The notes: a model not told the origin generated them from the sequence alone. A DNA stretch of 62,953 nt, filler included, from Octopus bimaculoides (GCF_001194135.2; 6 parts of 6 records of this genome joined end to end with filler, not necessarily neighbours in it); one strand, 5' to 3'; shown: positions 48,133-61,200, counted from the whole stretch's first letter. Made by a program: numbers and translations.

Positions 48133-48420
48133 ACTCTGATAGGCGACGTAGCCCGGGATCGACCGAACGAGCTGGCATTACTGACGATGGCTACGAAAAT
48201 ATCCGAAACTGACTGGTCAGTCTAAGGAATTCTCGGTTCGGTGTTCGGAGCGTTTGCAGCTCCTGTCGAAGTATATATTATGTGCTTTGTAACAGTATTT
48301 GAGCATTTTAGCTCCTATTTCTAGCAATGTAGATGTTATTCATACCTTTAGTCAAGTTTAGTTGATGACTATAATTTTCCTTTGCGGTATAACATTGCAA
48401 ACAGTTGTTTTTATTAGATA
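48133..48420 (+). mobile_element. Probable Penelope-like pLTR fragment between two (TA)n tracts
   Basis: Carries a minimal hammerhead. AGCATTTTAGCTCCTATTTCT resembles AGCTTTTTTAGCTGCTATTTCT in the 13.2-kb hairpin element. Confidence 0.55.
48178..48225 (+). ncRNA. Minimal type-I hammerhead ribozyme motif
   Basis: TTA-CTGACGA-T-GGCTA(CGAAAA)TATCC-GAAA-CTGAC(TG)GTCAG-TC-TAA. Both core boxes, stem III, the GUC site (cleavage after 48222) and a 3-bp stem I are present. Confidence 0.75.
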
Positions 48421-49454
48421 TATATATATATAATCAGATTTCATTAGTGTTCTTAACTTTGTAATATTGTTAGTCACTAAGCTACCGATGCATGTACATG
48501 TACCACTGGGCTAATAGACAAAAAGTTATTATTCTTAATTTGGAAAATGGTCCTTAGATAGAATCCAGTTTTTGACTATGTATACACTCGATAACGATCG
48601 AGAATATTTATCAAATATGATTAGTTTCCTTGAGCCCACGATTCCTGGTGGTGTTGTAGAGGTGTTGTTTTGATATACACACTGACTTATGCTTTTTTTA
48701 AGACTCGGTGAAACCCATACCCTCTCGGTCAGTCCATCGCCATTTCTTTTTACAAATAGAGAAGAATCGAACCAGTACACGACTGGTACTTTATTTGTCG
48801 ACTTCGAAAGTGGAAGAGGAAAAGTTGGACCCGGCGGAACCTGAACTCACAAGGCACAGAGCCAGAACGAATATCCCAGGAAAACTTGACTCAACCACAT
48901 TACGTCCCCATAACTCAGCAGATCAGCAAACGAGTCTGACAGAATAAGTACCTACCAGATCTCAAAAAGAAGTACTTGAGTTCATATTATAAACCAGAAT
49001 ATTCAAATCTGTTGATCCGCGATAGCTGCAGTTCAATTAGAGTTAAATGAAGAATAACGAAGCATCAGTCAGTTTTACAGTACTGCCACCACAGTACTGA
49101 CCAAAGACACAAAACAGTGATTAGTGACAACAGTCATCTCTTATCTCTCATCGTAATAGTGAAAATAAGGTCACCAAAACACAAGAATCAACAGTTTGAA
49201 CGATTTAATTGCATACAATTCCGAAATGATATAAAGCCTTTCTCTTTATTTAAGAAATTTTATAAAGCCTTTATTCATATAAAATTAGGATAAAAATTAC
49301 TTATAAAATTGCAGTACATTCTGTATACTTTATACATTTGTATTTTTATAAGTATTTATATTGATTATTAAACAATTAAAAAATACATAATTTTGACTGA
49401 ATCTTATGACAAGATCATATATATATATATGTACACACACACACACAAATAGGC

Positions 49455-49790
49455 ACAGGTGTGGCTGTGTGGGTAAGAGGCTTGGTTCCCAACCACGTGG
49501 TGTCAAGTTCAGTACTACTACACACCACCTTGGGTAAGTGTCTTCTACTATAGCTTCATGCTAATCAAAGCCTTGTGAGTGGATTTCGTGGATGGAAACT
49601 GAGATAAATCCATCAGATATAAGTATATACATATGTGTATATGTGTATGCTTGTATATATAAGTGCTTCCTTCTCTTGACATCACACAACAGTCGTAAAC
49701 AAGCATCACCATCGTACAAGAGTGATGTTAACTCTCAATCTTCCATGAAAACCTGGGAAAATATTACCATCATCCAAAAACAGGTGAAGG
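49455..49790 (+). mobile_element. SINE family A, degenerate
   Basis: GTGGCTGTGTGGGTAAGAGGCTTGGTTCCCAACC head and CACCTTGGGTAAGT. Confidence 0.75.
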
Positions 49791-51019
49791 CTGATGACAG
49801 GAAGAGCATGGGGCCCCAGAATATCTGTCCCAATAAATTTCATCTTTTTCATGGAAAAGCAAACATTAAAACAATGAGGATTTCATGTGTATATATATAT
49901 ATATATATATATNNNNNNNNNNNNNNNNNNNNNNNNNNNNNNNNNNNNNNNNNNNNNNNNNNNNNNNNNNNNNNNNNNNNNNNNNNNNNNNNNNNNNNNN
50001 NNNNNNNNNNNNNNNNNNNNNNNNNNNNNNNNNNNNNNCTGAGTACCTTATTATTTTTTCCAATATATATATATATATTTATATACATATATGAGAAACA
50101 TTTCTAGCCCCAGTAAAGGGAAAATAAGATAATATAAATTTGTTCCTTAAGTACAGAGCCAGTTTCAGAAGAGTAAAAATATATTTGATTTATATGAATA
50201 TATAAAAGGATGAAAGACCAGGTCAGTGTCGGAGGGATCTGAAATCAGAAAAAAAAAGGCAAGATTAAATATAAACAGTGCAAAGTCCCAAGGAGATTAG
50301 TGATGATCAGCATCAAAGAAGAAACAGTTAAAAAGTGGAATCAATTGACTCGTCATGGAAAAGAAATGTCTTTTCCTCTTCATCTCAGCAAACTAATTCC
50401 TTCCTGTTTTGAACTGTTTATAAATATGATGAAAAATTTAGGCTGATTCTTTATTTGTCATAGTCTAATCTGCCAAAAGAGAAATATAAATGAATGAAAA
50501 TTTTAAGCTTTTACAAACAATTATATCTTTGTGTCACAACATCATCATTTAATGTCCATTGTCCATGCTGGCATGGGTTGGATGGTTTGACCATGGCTGG
50601 TAAGCATAGGAGCTGTACCAGACTCCAGTCTGATTTTGTATGGTTTCTATGGTTGGATGCCGTTCCTAATGCCAACCACTCCAACAGTATAATGGATGCT
50701 TTTACATGCCACCAGCAAAGGTGCCATTTGCATGACACCAGTATCTGTCATGACTCCAATTTCACTTGGCTTGATGGTCTTCTTCTCAAGCACAGCATAT
50801 TACCAAAGGTCTCAGTCATTTGTCATTGCTTCAATGAGGCATGAATGGCACAAATATTATTTATGCCAGTTATTTGTGTCATTCATTATTTATGTCAGTT
50901 ATTTGTGTCATTCATGTGCTTAAAATAAACAAGTCAGTGCTTAAGCAGAAACTAATATTAAGGTAAGAGCAGATGCATAAATGTAACCAGTTCCATTTTT
51001 AGGCATAAGCACACTGAAC

Positions 51020-51340
51020 AAAGTTGGAGGGTCGTGGAGCCACAAAGCGTGCAGCACCGTCGACCGAGCGCACTGGTCGTCGGGCGGGCGCCGGCTGGAT
51101 GAGAATTGCACGGTCGGCAGCAGCAAAAGTGCGGGCATCCACCGCTGCAATGCTGCTGCACTGTTAGAAGGCCGACAAAGATGAAGGCGAGGTGGCCCGG
51201 CCGCGGCTTACGAAATCGGCTAGATCGCGGGTTTTTCACGCTCGTTCGACAATGCCGCCACCACGTTAGAGCGAGCCGGAGGAGGAGGAGGCAACGACGA
51301 TCGGTTGCAGCAGTAACGACCCTTCAGCAGGTTCACCTTA
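51020..51340 (-). pseudogene. Dispersed rDNA fragment: 3' tip of 18S rRNA followed by a putative ITS1
   Basis: Minus strand 51340-51314 TAAGGTGAACCTGCTGAAGGGTCGTTA matches the universal 18S end GTAGGTGAACCTGCGGAAGGATCATTA at 22/27. The downstream tract is about 63% GC (hand count, 51061-51300) in an AT-rich background. Confidence 0.75.
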
Positions 51341-51344
51341 TGAG

Positions 51345-52642
51345 TAGTGTCACCAATTTAGCATTTTTAATGTTAGGTCTAGCATTTTTTTTCTAAGCAT
51401 GTAGCAAGAAATTTTTGAATCTAGCATTTAACAGGAAAAAGAACAGTTTGAAAGATTTTAATACTTTTTTAGCATTTTTTTCTGATCATGACATTTCTGC
51501 AACAGTTACCTTTTTTCTTTCTTTCTCCGCTTTTTGCTACATTTTTTTCTTCCTTTTTATCAAGTATTTTACTGCCAAATTTTAGTACTATCAGTCATTG
51601 TTGAATTTTTTCTCATACTTTTGTGATACTCCAAATAAAATATTATCAAGTACTTTATCATTACCTTTTCAGCCCTGATCAGGTGAAGGTGGGTAGAGAT
51701 AACTATGGCAGCACCTGAGCTCTGTAATGCCAATGTAACAATAGGAATCAACAATGTTGTTTACCAGAAATTAAAAGTGGAAGTTCCATTATTACTTCTA
51801 TTTAGATGTGTTCTCATTCTTTACAGTAGCAGTATCCCATACTTGTTCTGAATGCACAGTATCTGAAACCTATAAATGGTTCATTTACTCTTCAACTAGA
51901 CAAAGAGCTTACAAGCAGCTTTACCTTGCTATCAATAAGAACCATTGAAGATTGGGAATTCTTGTGTATCTAGGTGGTTGTCTATAGAATCAGCAGTAAG
52001 TAGAATTTTAAGCCAATGGTTTGAAATACAAACTCACTTTTAAGCTACAAGTATGAAAAAGGAAAGTGCTTTACAGCTCAAATGCTACATGAAATGATTT
52101 GTGATTCTAGGAATGAACTTTTTATTTGATAGAATTACCAACATATACAATTGATCCTCTAAATCCTCTTCTTAATCCTAAACCAAATTTAGGCTACAGG
52201 TTTGAGCAAAAGATAGTAGAAATGATAATCATGAAGACTGTAACAGCTACTGAAGAAAATAATATTTTTAAAAGAGAACAACAAATTTTATTCTGCCTTT
52301 ATAAAAAGCTCAAACAATGTTTGCCAGAAATCTTTAATATACAGAGGAATATCAAAATATTTTTCAGTAGAGAATACTTTGAGAGATTTAAAAGTACCAT
52401 TTTTTTCCTGTTTTAGAAGCAATGCATTTAAATGAACAAAGAATTGCTTCAACTGAAATTCGATGTATAAATACAAAGGCGTTTTGGTTAATTTTGAATT
52501 ATGAAGATGCTACATGGTGAAATCCTTTTACAGATGTTGCTAAATTTACCATTAACCTATTAATACTGCCAAACTCATATGATGGGGTCAAACAATTTTT
52601 CAGTAGTATGAGTAGAATCAAATCAAAACTGATAAACAAAAG
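51345..52642 (+). mobile_element. hAT transposon, internally deleted, ending at an RTE junction
   Basis: Possible TIR TAGTGTCACCAATTTAGC. Motifs GINN.VY.KLK.EVP..RCV..HSLQ, WF..S.RQ..Y, SRWLSIESAV.RIL.QW, and dimerisation-domain NPF..LLILPNS..FSSM..IKSKL. Confidence 0.85.
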
Positions 52643-54060
52643 ACATAATTTCTGTGGCTGATCCCTCAAATGAGTCAACCTTTGGCAGACTATCCTCCTC
52701 CCATTCATTCTCCACATTCAGCTGTCTTTCATAATGGCATCTCTAAGCCTCTTTCTTTACAGTATCATTAAACGCAAGGGAACCATCATCCATGCAGACA
52801 CATTTCTCTCCTATGACACCATGGTTTTCTGTCACACACTGTCTTTCAACCCAAAATACTTCAGTTCTTTGGTCCTCACATCACTGAACATTGGCAAACT
52901 TCTTCTTTTCTGCTACTTCCTTGATTATATATACCTGTCTCCTAACTTCTCTTTTGGCTATCTGATACATTTTCCTGCTACCCCAACTCTTCCAGGCCTT
53001 CCAAGCCTGTTTCTTTGTTCTAATGGCCCTGTCTACATATTGTTCCACCACCATGTTACCCTAGGTCTGGAAGGGACTTTGCGCCAGCAACAGATCTGGT
53101 CTGTGGCACTCAGCAAGCTATCTCACAGGAATTCCCAGCTGTCTTCTATTTCACAGAACTGTAGCTCCTACTCCCTATCATCAAATTTCTTGGTAAGGAT
53201 ATCCCTAAATCTCTAACCATGTGAAGGGTCCTTAAGCTTCAAGTCCTTCCTTTCCAGATTGGTCTGCTTTTTGGCTTTCTTCTGGCCTCGAATCTAAAAT
53301 CACTAATAACTTGTCTATGCTGCAGGGTACATTCTTCATCAGAGATGGTCTTTGTATTTAAGAGCAACCATGCATCCTGCTGTCTGCAGAGTCACTGATT
53401 GATAGGTAATCAGGTGGCTAGCTGGCTTCCTGAAGTTTGTGTTGCAGATCAATAGGTTATTTGTATCACAGAATTCCAGGATCCTAGTTCCTTCTTCATT
53501 TTTTGTACCAACTCCATGGCCCCCATGTACACCATGGAAAATACCAGGTTGCTGTCCGACATGCCCATTAAAATCTCCGACCACAAAGATGAGATCATTG
53601 TCACTCATCTGTGAGGTAGCCTGCAGAAGAATATCATAAAAGTTCATTTGGTAGGCCCACTTGTGGGGCGTAGGCAGAGATGATTGTAGCTATACCATTC
53701 TGCAAGACTGGCCTGAGTTTAAGTACTCTATCGCACACCCTCACTACCTCTATGACTTTATCTACCCATTTCTCTGCAAGAGGTATGCCCACACCCTCTA
53801 TTCTATTACTATTACCTTCCCAGAAGAGTTTATACCTATGTGTCTTGCCTGCGAGGACTCTGGCTAAAGCTCCTCTCCACCTTATCTCTTGTACACAACA
53901 TACATCAACACGTCTCCATTCAAGCATCTCTACAATCTCGCTAGACCTACCTTTCAATGTGCCTACATTTACAGTGCTAACTCTGAAAACTGGGAAAGAT
54001 ATATGGGAGGTAACACAGGAAGGAGAGATGTTATTCAGCACCTGAAGAGAAGGTTCCTGT
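52643..54060 (-). mobile_element. RTE LINE 5' coding portion (APE endonuclease and linker), decayed
   Basis: TVNVGTL..CCVQEIRW, GVGI, SAYAPQVG, VGDFNGHVG, NEEGTRILEFC, NTNFRK, and TWWWN..KQAWKAWK. The 5' UTR may extend to about 54800. Confidence 0.93.
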
Positions 54061-54884
54061 GATCATTTGGTAACAGATGTCATAATAGTTGTTCTTGCTT
54101 TTAACCTACTGTCATTCAAACATGTTAGAATTGTTAAGGCTGTTGCCTCTACTGGGGGGGGGGAGAGTAAGGAAGTACTGTATATGAAAGTGTGTGTGGC
54201 ATTGTAAATATAAGCGCTATGAGCATTGTGGGTGTAAGCATTACTGATGCTTCAGATATAAATGTAAAAAAACAAAAAAAGAGAGAGAGAGAAAGAGGGG
54301 TAAGTGGGCTGCTATCTGGTTTAGTTAGTCCAGAGATGGTGGGGGAGAGAAAGGAAAGGGTGGCAAAGTTACCAATATAAGAAGAGAGAGTGGAAGGGCA
54401 ACTGGATGTCCAGTATGAGAAAGAGATTTACGGTGTTGGTGGTGGGAGTGGGAAAGGGTGGGCATAATCACAGACACGAAAAAGTTATTTTAAGGGTTAG
54501 AACAAACAAGAAAGAATTATTTTAGAGAATAGAAGAGTTTGAATGAATGAGGTGATTAAAAACAAGAGAGATCCTTAGCTTAGCTGTGCATATTTTCGAG
54601 TGTCATCAAATGGCCAAACACATGGAATAAACTAACAAAAGTCTGAGACAGAGGATGGAACAGGTGTGGAGGTGAAAGCCAGAAATGGATAAAGATAGCA
54701 GACTTTGCCCTAAGCTAGTAAGAGAAACAGCAGGGAGTGTAGCCATTGCAGCAAGAAATAAGAGAGATACAGACAGGAAAGAAATTATTTTAGCAAACGG
54801 TACGAAATATGTATATGTAGTCAAGAAACCAAGGAAGGGATTATTATTTTAGAGGGAGAGATTGCAATTTAGAAGTTATTTTTT

Positions 54885-55320
54885 CTCTTTTATTCTCTTT
54901 TACTTGTTTCAGTCATTTGACTGCGGCCATGCTGGAGCACCACCTTTTAGTCGAACAAATTGACCCCAGGACTTATTCTTTGGAAGCCTAGTACTTATTC
55001 TATCAGTCTCTTTTGCCGAACGACTAAGTTACAGGGGCGTAAACACACAAGCATCGGTTGTCAAACGATGTTGCGGAGAACAAACACAGACACACAAACA
55101 TATGCACACACATACATATATACATATATACATATATACGACGGGCTTCTTTCAGTTTCCGTCTACCAAATCCACTCACAAGGCTTTGGTCAACCNNNNN
55201 NNNNNTATACGACGGGCTTCTTTCAGTTTCCGTCTACCAAATCCACTCACAAGGCTTTGGTCAACCCGAGGCTATAGTAGAAAACACTTGCCCAAGGTGC
55301 CACGCAATGGGAATGAATTA
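54885..55320 (-). mobile_element. SINE family A (with an assembly overlap duplication)
   Basis: Same family as 55582-55918. A segment is repeated on both sides of the 10-N gap. Confidence 0.9.
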
Positions 55321-55581
55321 ATAAAATATTGCTTCATGTGTCTGTTCCCAATATGACTATAAGTGTCACTGTTGTTTCTTCTACATTTCATCAGTACACT
55401 AGCAGTCTAAGTCTTTTTTCTCCTCTTACTCACTTCACATGCCTTCACTCTTTCTCAAAATTAACATTCTATATTCAACATNNNNNNNNNNNNNNNNNNN
55501 NNNNNNNNNNNNNNNNNNNNNNNNNTTAATTAATTAANNNNNNNNNNNNNNNNNNNNNNNNNNNNNNNNNNNNNNNNNNNN

Positions 55582-55918
55582 TAATCGACCCCAGGACTTA
55601 TTCTTTGTAAGCCTAGTACTTATTCTATCAGTCTCTTTAGCCGAACTGCTAAGTTACTGGGACGTAAACACAACAGCATCGGTTGTCAAGCGATGTTGGG
55701 GGGACAAACACAGACACACAAACATATACACACACATACATATACATATATATACATATATACGACGGGCTTCTTTCAGTTTCCATCTACCAAATCCACT
55801 CACAAGGCTTTGGTCGGCCCGAGACTATAGTAGAAGACACTTGTCCAATGTGCCACGCAGTGGACTGAACCCCGAACCATGTGGTTGGTAAGCAAGCTAC
55901 TTACCACACGGCCACTCC
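55582..55918 (-). mobile_element. SINE family A, well preserved
   Basis: GTGGCCGTGTGGTAAG head, GGGTTCAGTCCACTGCG, microsatellite and tail. Confidence 0.92.
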
Positions 55919-55989
55919 TACATCTATATGTATGTATGTATATATATAATATTTTATGATAATTCAATAAAAATTAAAGTAAAATATAT

Positions 55990-57840
55990 TGTTACTCACC
56001 AATAATGAATGATGTTGATTTAAGAAGGTGATGATGAAAATAATGAAGGTAATGACTGCACAGCAAAGAAGATTTTTAGCTCTTCAGGTGACTCCCCTTC
56101 TTCAGGTGTTTTATGGAATGTCATATCTTCGTGCAAGGCTATCTTGGTGGGCTTGAGGAACATTCTGATGTGAAGTTGCTATCATTGTTTCTTCATGGTG
56201 GTGAGGAGAGTTGAATTCCCTATGTCTGCATAGCAGCATCGGTGGCATTTTTAAATTGGAGAGACTGAACCATATAGGGATCCCGTGCTTCTGCCTTCCT
56301 TTGGAATTCCTTTGCTGTCCTTAAAAAGTCAGACAGACATTCGGTTGTCAGGCCCACCTTATCCCCCTCTTTTGGATCTGGTGCTTCCTCTTCCTCTTCA
56401 TTGGAAGACTTTAATTCCAACAAATCTTCGTCTGTCAGGGTTCCAGAGTAGGCATTGATGAGGTTGTTGATCTCATCTTGTGTGATGGCATGAAAACCTT
56501 CGCCTCGAAGTACCTTTACCAGGTTCACCACATAGTTGACAGTCTTGTGCTGAATATCTTCAGGTGAGAAGCCCTCATTCCTGGATACACTCTGGTCACA
56601 CCTTCTTCCAGCATTCAATGAGGGTTTCTTTTTCTATGTCTTTAAGAGCAGCGTCAATGATTGACAGGCACGTTGCGATTGTGAAGTTATGCCAGTACTC
56701 CTTTAACGAGAAATTTTCGTCCGAATCCATTGCATCTACAAGGTGTTGGGGAGAATTTCATGTGTAAAGTGCCTTGAGGGCATGGATCACACCTTGATTT
56801 ATAGGCTGGCTGATGGAGGTACTGTTGGCAGGGAGGAACTCGACTTGAATTCCCTTGTGATTCAAATCCAAAGAGTGACTACCAGCATTATCCATAACAA
56901 GCAACACATTGTATTCCATGCAAACATTTTGGAGGTATTCTTTGACTTGGAACCCCAGGCCTTGGGGTTGTGCATCCAGAGGAGAGGCAGCAGATTTTTA
57001 TTCTTATTTTTGAAGGCCCTGGGGTTCGCAGACTTGTAGATAAGTCCTGGTTTCATCATGAAGCCAGCAGCATTGCCACACGTGATTAGCATCACTGTCC
57101 TGTGCCTTAAACGCTGGGGCTCTGGCTTTGTCCTTCATGATGTATGCTCTAGAAGGCATCTTCTTCTAGAACAAGCCAGTCTTGTCCATACTAAAAACCT
57201 GTTCTGGCTTGTATCCCTAGTCCTCGATGATCTGCCTGACAGTCTTGAGGTGCTGCTCAGCAGCTTTTTTGTCGGCTGATGCTGTCTCTCCATGCAGGGA
57301 AACACTTTATTTTTAGCTGTTTCTGGAAATGGTCAAACTATCCCTTGCTGGTTTGAAAATTTTCGGGCTCTGGTGCTGTCAATGGTCTTGCTTGTGGTTC
57401 TTTGGTGTCTTCTGCTCTGTTGAACTGCTGGTTATAATTTCCTTTGAACTGCTGGTTATAATTTCCTTTGAACTGCTGGTTATAATTTCCTTTGAACTGC
57501 TGGTTATAATTTCTGCACTTTCTGGCAGATGATGTTACTGCTCAAGGGGATGTGTTTCTTCTTGCAGTCACTGGTCCACAATGCCAAGGCAGATTCCATC
57601 CTGAAGAAGTGCTTATTTGTCACTATCATTATCTTTTTGGCACTTTCACAGAAACTTACTGCCACAGTAGTCCTGATTGCCACCTCATTCTTCTTTATGT
57701 AGCATATGATGCTTTCGTCGACAACATAATAGCGATCTACTGCAGCATAATTTTTACCTTCCAGGAACATAACCAGCAGTTGTGCCTTCTCATGGAGTGT
57801 CATAATGTTTCTCTGGCATTTAGGTTCACTGCCTAAGAAG
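55990..57840 (-). mobile_element. Tigger/pogo-like transposase relic (CENP-B HTH plus DDE)
   Basis: MTLHEKAQLL..EGKNYAAV..ESII.YIKK, MESALALW..KHIPLS, CGNAAGFMMKPGLIYKSANPRA.KNKNKN.LP..W.HNPKAW, and acidic C-terminus LTDEDLLEL. Confidence 0.93.
57420..57513. repeat. About 3.9 x 24-bp tandem repeat inside the Tigger relic
   Basis: Unit TTGAACTGCTGGTTATAATTTCCT, no spacers. Confidence 0.98.
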
Positions 57841-58509
57841 GTGTAGGGTGTTTAGGAGGCATCTGAGGGCCTTAATAACATGCTGCGGAAAACACAGCAT
57901 CCAACAAAATACTGGAGATAGCTACTGGACACAGTTTTTCTAAAAAAGAACCTACAAAAGAATTTTCATTGTGTCTAATATGCGCATACCACCAATGGGA
58001 GATTGAGTAGAGATTAAAAATAATCATGGTTTTGAAAAATTTAGTTTGTATCACCACTAGACATAGCAATCTATATTATAATAATAAGAGAAGGAGAGAG
58101 AGAGAGAGAGGGACCAGCAAGTAACCTAATTTCAGTGAGGCTATATTGGCTCACAACCTTAAAAATTACCCTGTTGAAATAAACATTGTCTGTGATCAAA
58201 TGTAGCGATCATTTTTAAAAACAGCGCTGCTAGTCGCTATGCTAATTATCAAGATTTGATTGAAAGCAGGAATAAGAGATACAAGATACAGTGTACTTGT
58301 CTCTAAAAAAAAATCAAGCGATATGATGCACGACTATTCTAATCAGAGGGACCTTCAGCTGCAAAGGAGCATTCAGTAAACTGGCAAATATGGCATATCA
58401 CTATTAATANNNNNNNNNNNNNNNNNNNNNNNNNNNNNNNNNNNNNNNNNNNNTTAATTAATTAANNNNNNNNNNNNNNNNNNNNNNNNNNNNNNNNNNN
58501 NNNNNNNNN

Positions 58510-58555
<46 letters not shown>

Positions 58556-59284
58556 GACTCTGACATATTCCTCTAGATTTGCCTACATTGCCAAAAGCTG
58601 TATTTTCTTCAGCTTAGATGTTTACGTTTTAAGTTTTGTAGGTTTTGAGTAGAAAAAGGAAAAAAATTTGTTGGAATTTTCAAACTTCCCCATTACTTTC
58701 CTGTAATTTTTCAGTTCAGACTTTCTTTTGAAAATTGTTTTTTTCAGACTTGTTTAAACATCTGAGATTATGTTTCCTCAGAAATATGTGCAACATAAAT
58801 CAGAAATCTTTAAAAAAAAAAAAACAAATGTCAAAACTGAAAAATTACAGAAGAGAATTAGAGAAGCTCAACATTACCTTTTTTATATTCATAGTACATG
58901 ACGCTTAAAACATACACATCTGAAGGGAATATGAGTTTTAGTGTACAGGATAATTTCCGACTCTATTCTACAGAAATGCATAAAATTGAAAATGTACAGA
59001 AAACAAAAGACAGGTGAGGGAACAAGCAGGTGTATTAGTTTAATGATCGGTAAGAATGGTAAAGTATATATATATATGTATGTATGTATGTATGTATTAA
59101 AATTCAGATGTACAGAAAGCAAAACACTCATGAGGGAAGAACCAGGTGTATTAGCTTGACGTTCATGAAGAATAGAAAAGTCAATATATATATATATATA
59201 TAAGTACTAGTTTTATCACAAACATATTCTGTTATTGTAAAACTGTAATAAGTGTAAACAATAAAAGATGAAAATCAGACTATT

Positions 59285-59835
59285 ATTTTATTCTTTTACT
59301 TGTTCAAGTCGTTTTGACAGCAGCAATGCTGGAGCACCACCTTTTTTAGTCAAACAAATCAACCCCAGGACTTATTCTTTGTAAGCCTAGTACTTATTCA
59401 ATCAGTTTCTTTTGCTGAACTGCTAAGTTATGGGGACATAAACACACCAACATTGGTTGTCAAGCGATGGTGGGGGGACAAACACAGACACACAAATACA
59501 TACATCATCATCTAACGTCTGCTTTTCATGCTGGCATGGGTTGGACGGTTTGACTGAGCCAGAAGGTTGTATACCATGCTCCAATCTGATCAGACAAGGT
59601 TTCTACAGCTGGATGCCCTTCCTAACACCAACCACTTCAAGGGTGTAGTGGGTGCTTTTTACGTGCCACTGGCACATATGATGGGCTTCTTTCAGTTTCC
59701 ATCCACCAAATCCACTTACAAGGCTTTGGTCAGCCCAAGGCTATAGTAGAAGACACTTGCCCAAGGTGCTATGCAGTGGGACTGAACTCGGAACCATGTG
59801 GTTGGGAAGCAAGCTTCTTACCACACAGCCATTCC
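59285..59835 (-). mobile_element. SINE family A with an RTE 3'-end fragment nested in its central microsatellite
   Basis: The two A halves flank CATCATCATCTAACGTCTGCTTTTCATGCTGGCATGGGTTGG (about 59503-59680). Confidence 0.85.
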
Positions 59836-60192
59836 TGCACCTGTTGGAATTTCATTGATTGTTATCTATATATATAAAAATGAGAATGTGTGTCTGTCTG
59901 TCTGAATCCCTAAAACTCGAGAACTACGCAACCAATTTCATTCAAATTTTACACATGCCTTACTTAGGGTTCCAGTTGTGTTTTAGTCAAAAACAATTTT
60001 TACCTTCTTGCAGAGTTCGAGCACACGGCAACATAATATCTCCTCCACTTTTTAAGTATTACGTGTCAAAAGTGAAACAAAAACACTCATGTNNNNNNNN
60101 NNNNNNNNNNNNNNNNNNNNNNNNNNNNNNNNNNNNTTAATTAATTAANNNNNNNNNNNNNNNNNNNNNNNNNNNNNNNNNNNNNNNNNNNN

Positions 60193-60226
<34 letters not shown>

Positions 60227-60609
60227 TGTAATGTATGTATTTATGTATATATGTATCTATATTGATTGCCTGGATGTTTGCCTTCTATAATTTCTCTTAT
60301 CCTTCGATTTTGGAGTATACTTAAAACATTCTTTATAAGAAAATTTAACTTTATGTATATATATATATCTATATATATATATATGTGTGTGTGTATATAT
60401 ACATATGTGCATATATATATGTATATATATGTATGCATATATGTATGTATATATAGGTATATATGTATATGTATATATGGTTATTTATATACGTATAAGT
60501 ATATATATGTATATATATGTATGTATATATATATGTATATGTATGTATGTACGTATATATATGTGTCTGCATATGTATATATATGTATATATATATATAT
60601 ATATGTACA

Positions 60610-61200
60610 TTCTTCTGTTTTCTTTTATTTTTACTTGTTTCAGTCATTTGACTGCGGCCATGCTGGAGCACCGCCTTTACTCGAGCAAATCGACCCCAGG
60701 ACTTATGCTTTGGAAGCCTAGTGCTTATTCTATCGATCCCTTTTGCCGAACAGCTAGATAACGGGGATGTACGCACACCAGCATCGGTTGTCAAGCAATA
60801 ATGGGGGAAAAAACAAAGACACACAAGCATATACACACACACACATACACACATATATATATATATGTATATACGACGAGCTTCTTTCAGTTTCCGTCTA
60901 CCAAATACACTCACAAGGCTTTTTTCAGCCCGAAGCTATAGTAGAAGAAACTTGCCCAAGGTGCCACGGGACTGAAACCGGAACCATATGATTGTTAAGC
61001 AAGCTATTTACCACACTACCACTCGTGCGGTATTTCGTCTGCCGTTACATTTTGAGTTCAAATTCCGCCGAGGTCGACTTTGCCTTTCACCCTTTCGGGA
61101 TCAATAAATTGAGTACCAGTTATGCACTAAACCTTTGAAATATAGTTATAGCAGAAAGAGTGAGAGAAAGTTGTGGTGAAAAATACAGAAGGGTTCNNNN
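60610..61200. mobile_element. SINE cluster: family A (-, 60610-61020), then C and D fragments
   Basis: Family motifs as described for the copies above. Confidence 0.85.

Noticed and set aside
51135-51150. AGCGGTGGAT resembling the 5.8S rRNA start (minus strand)
   Set aside because: Only a 10-nt match with no continuation.
50941-51396. Cys/Arg-rich ORFs on both strands
   Set aside because: Better explained as chance ORFs in the GC-rich ITS1-like fragment.
54560-54640. Possible HDV-like ribozyme in the putative RTE 5' UTR
   Set aside because: P1 and P3 pairings could not be built.
57420-57513. CRISPR-like appearance of the 24-bp repeats
   Set aside because: No spacers, no cas genes, eukaryotic context. 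This is a tandem repeat.
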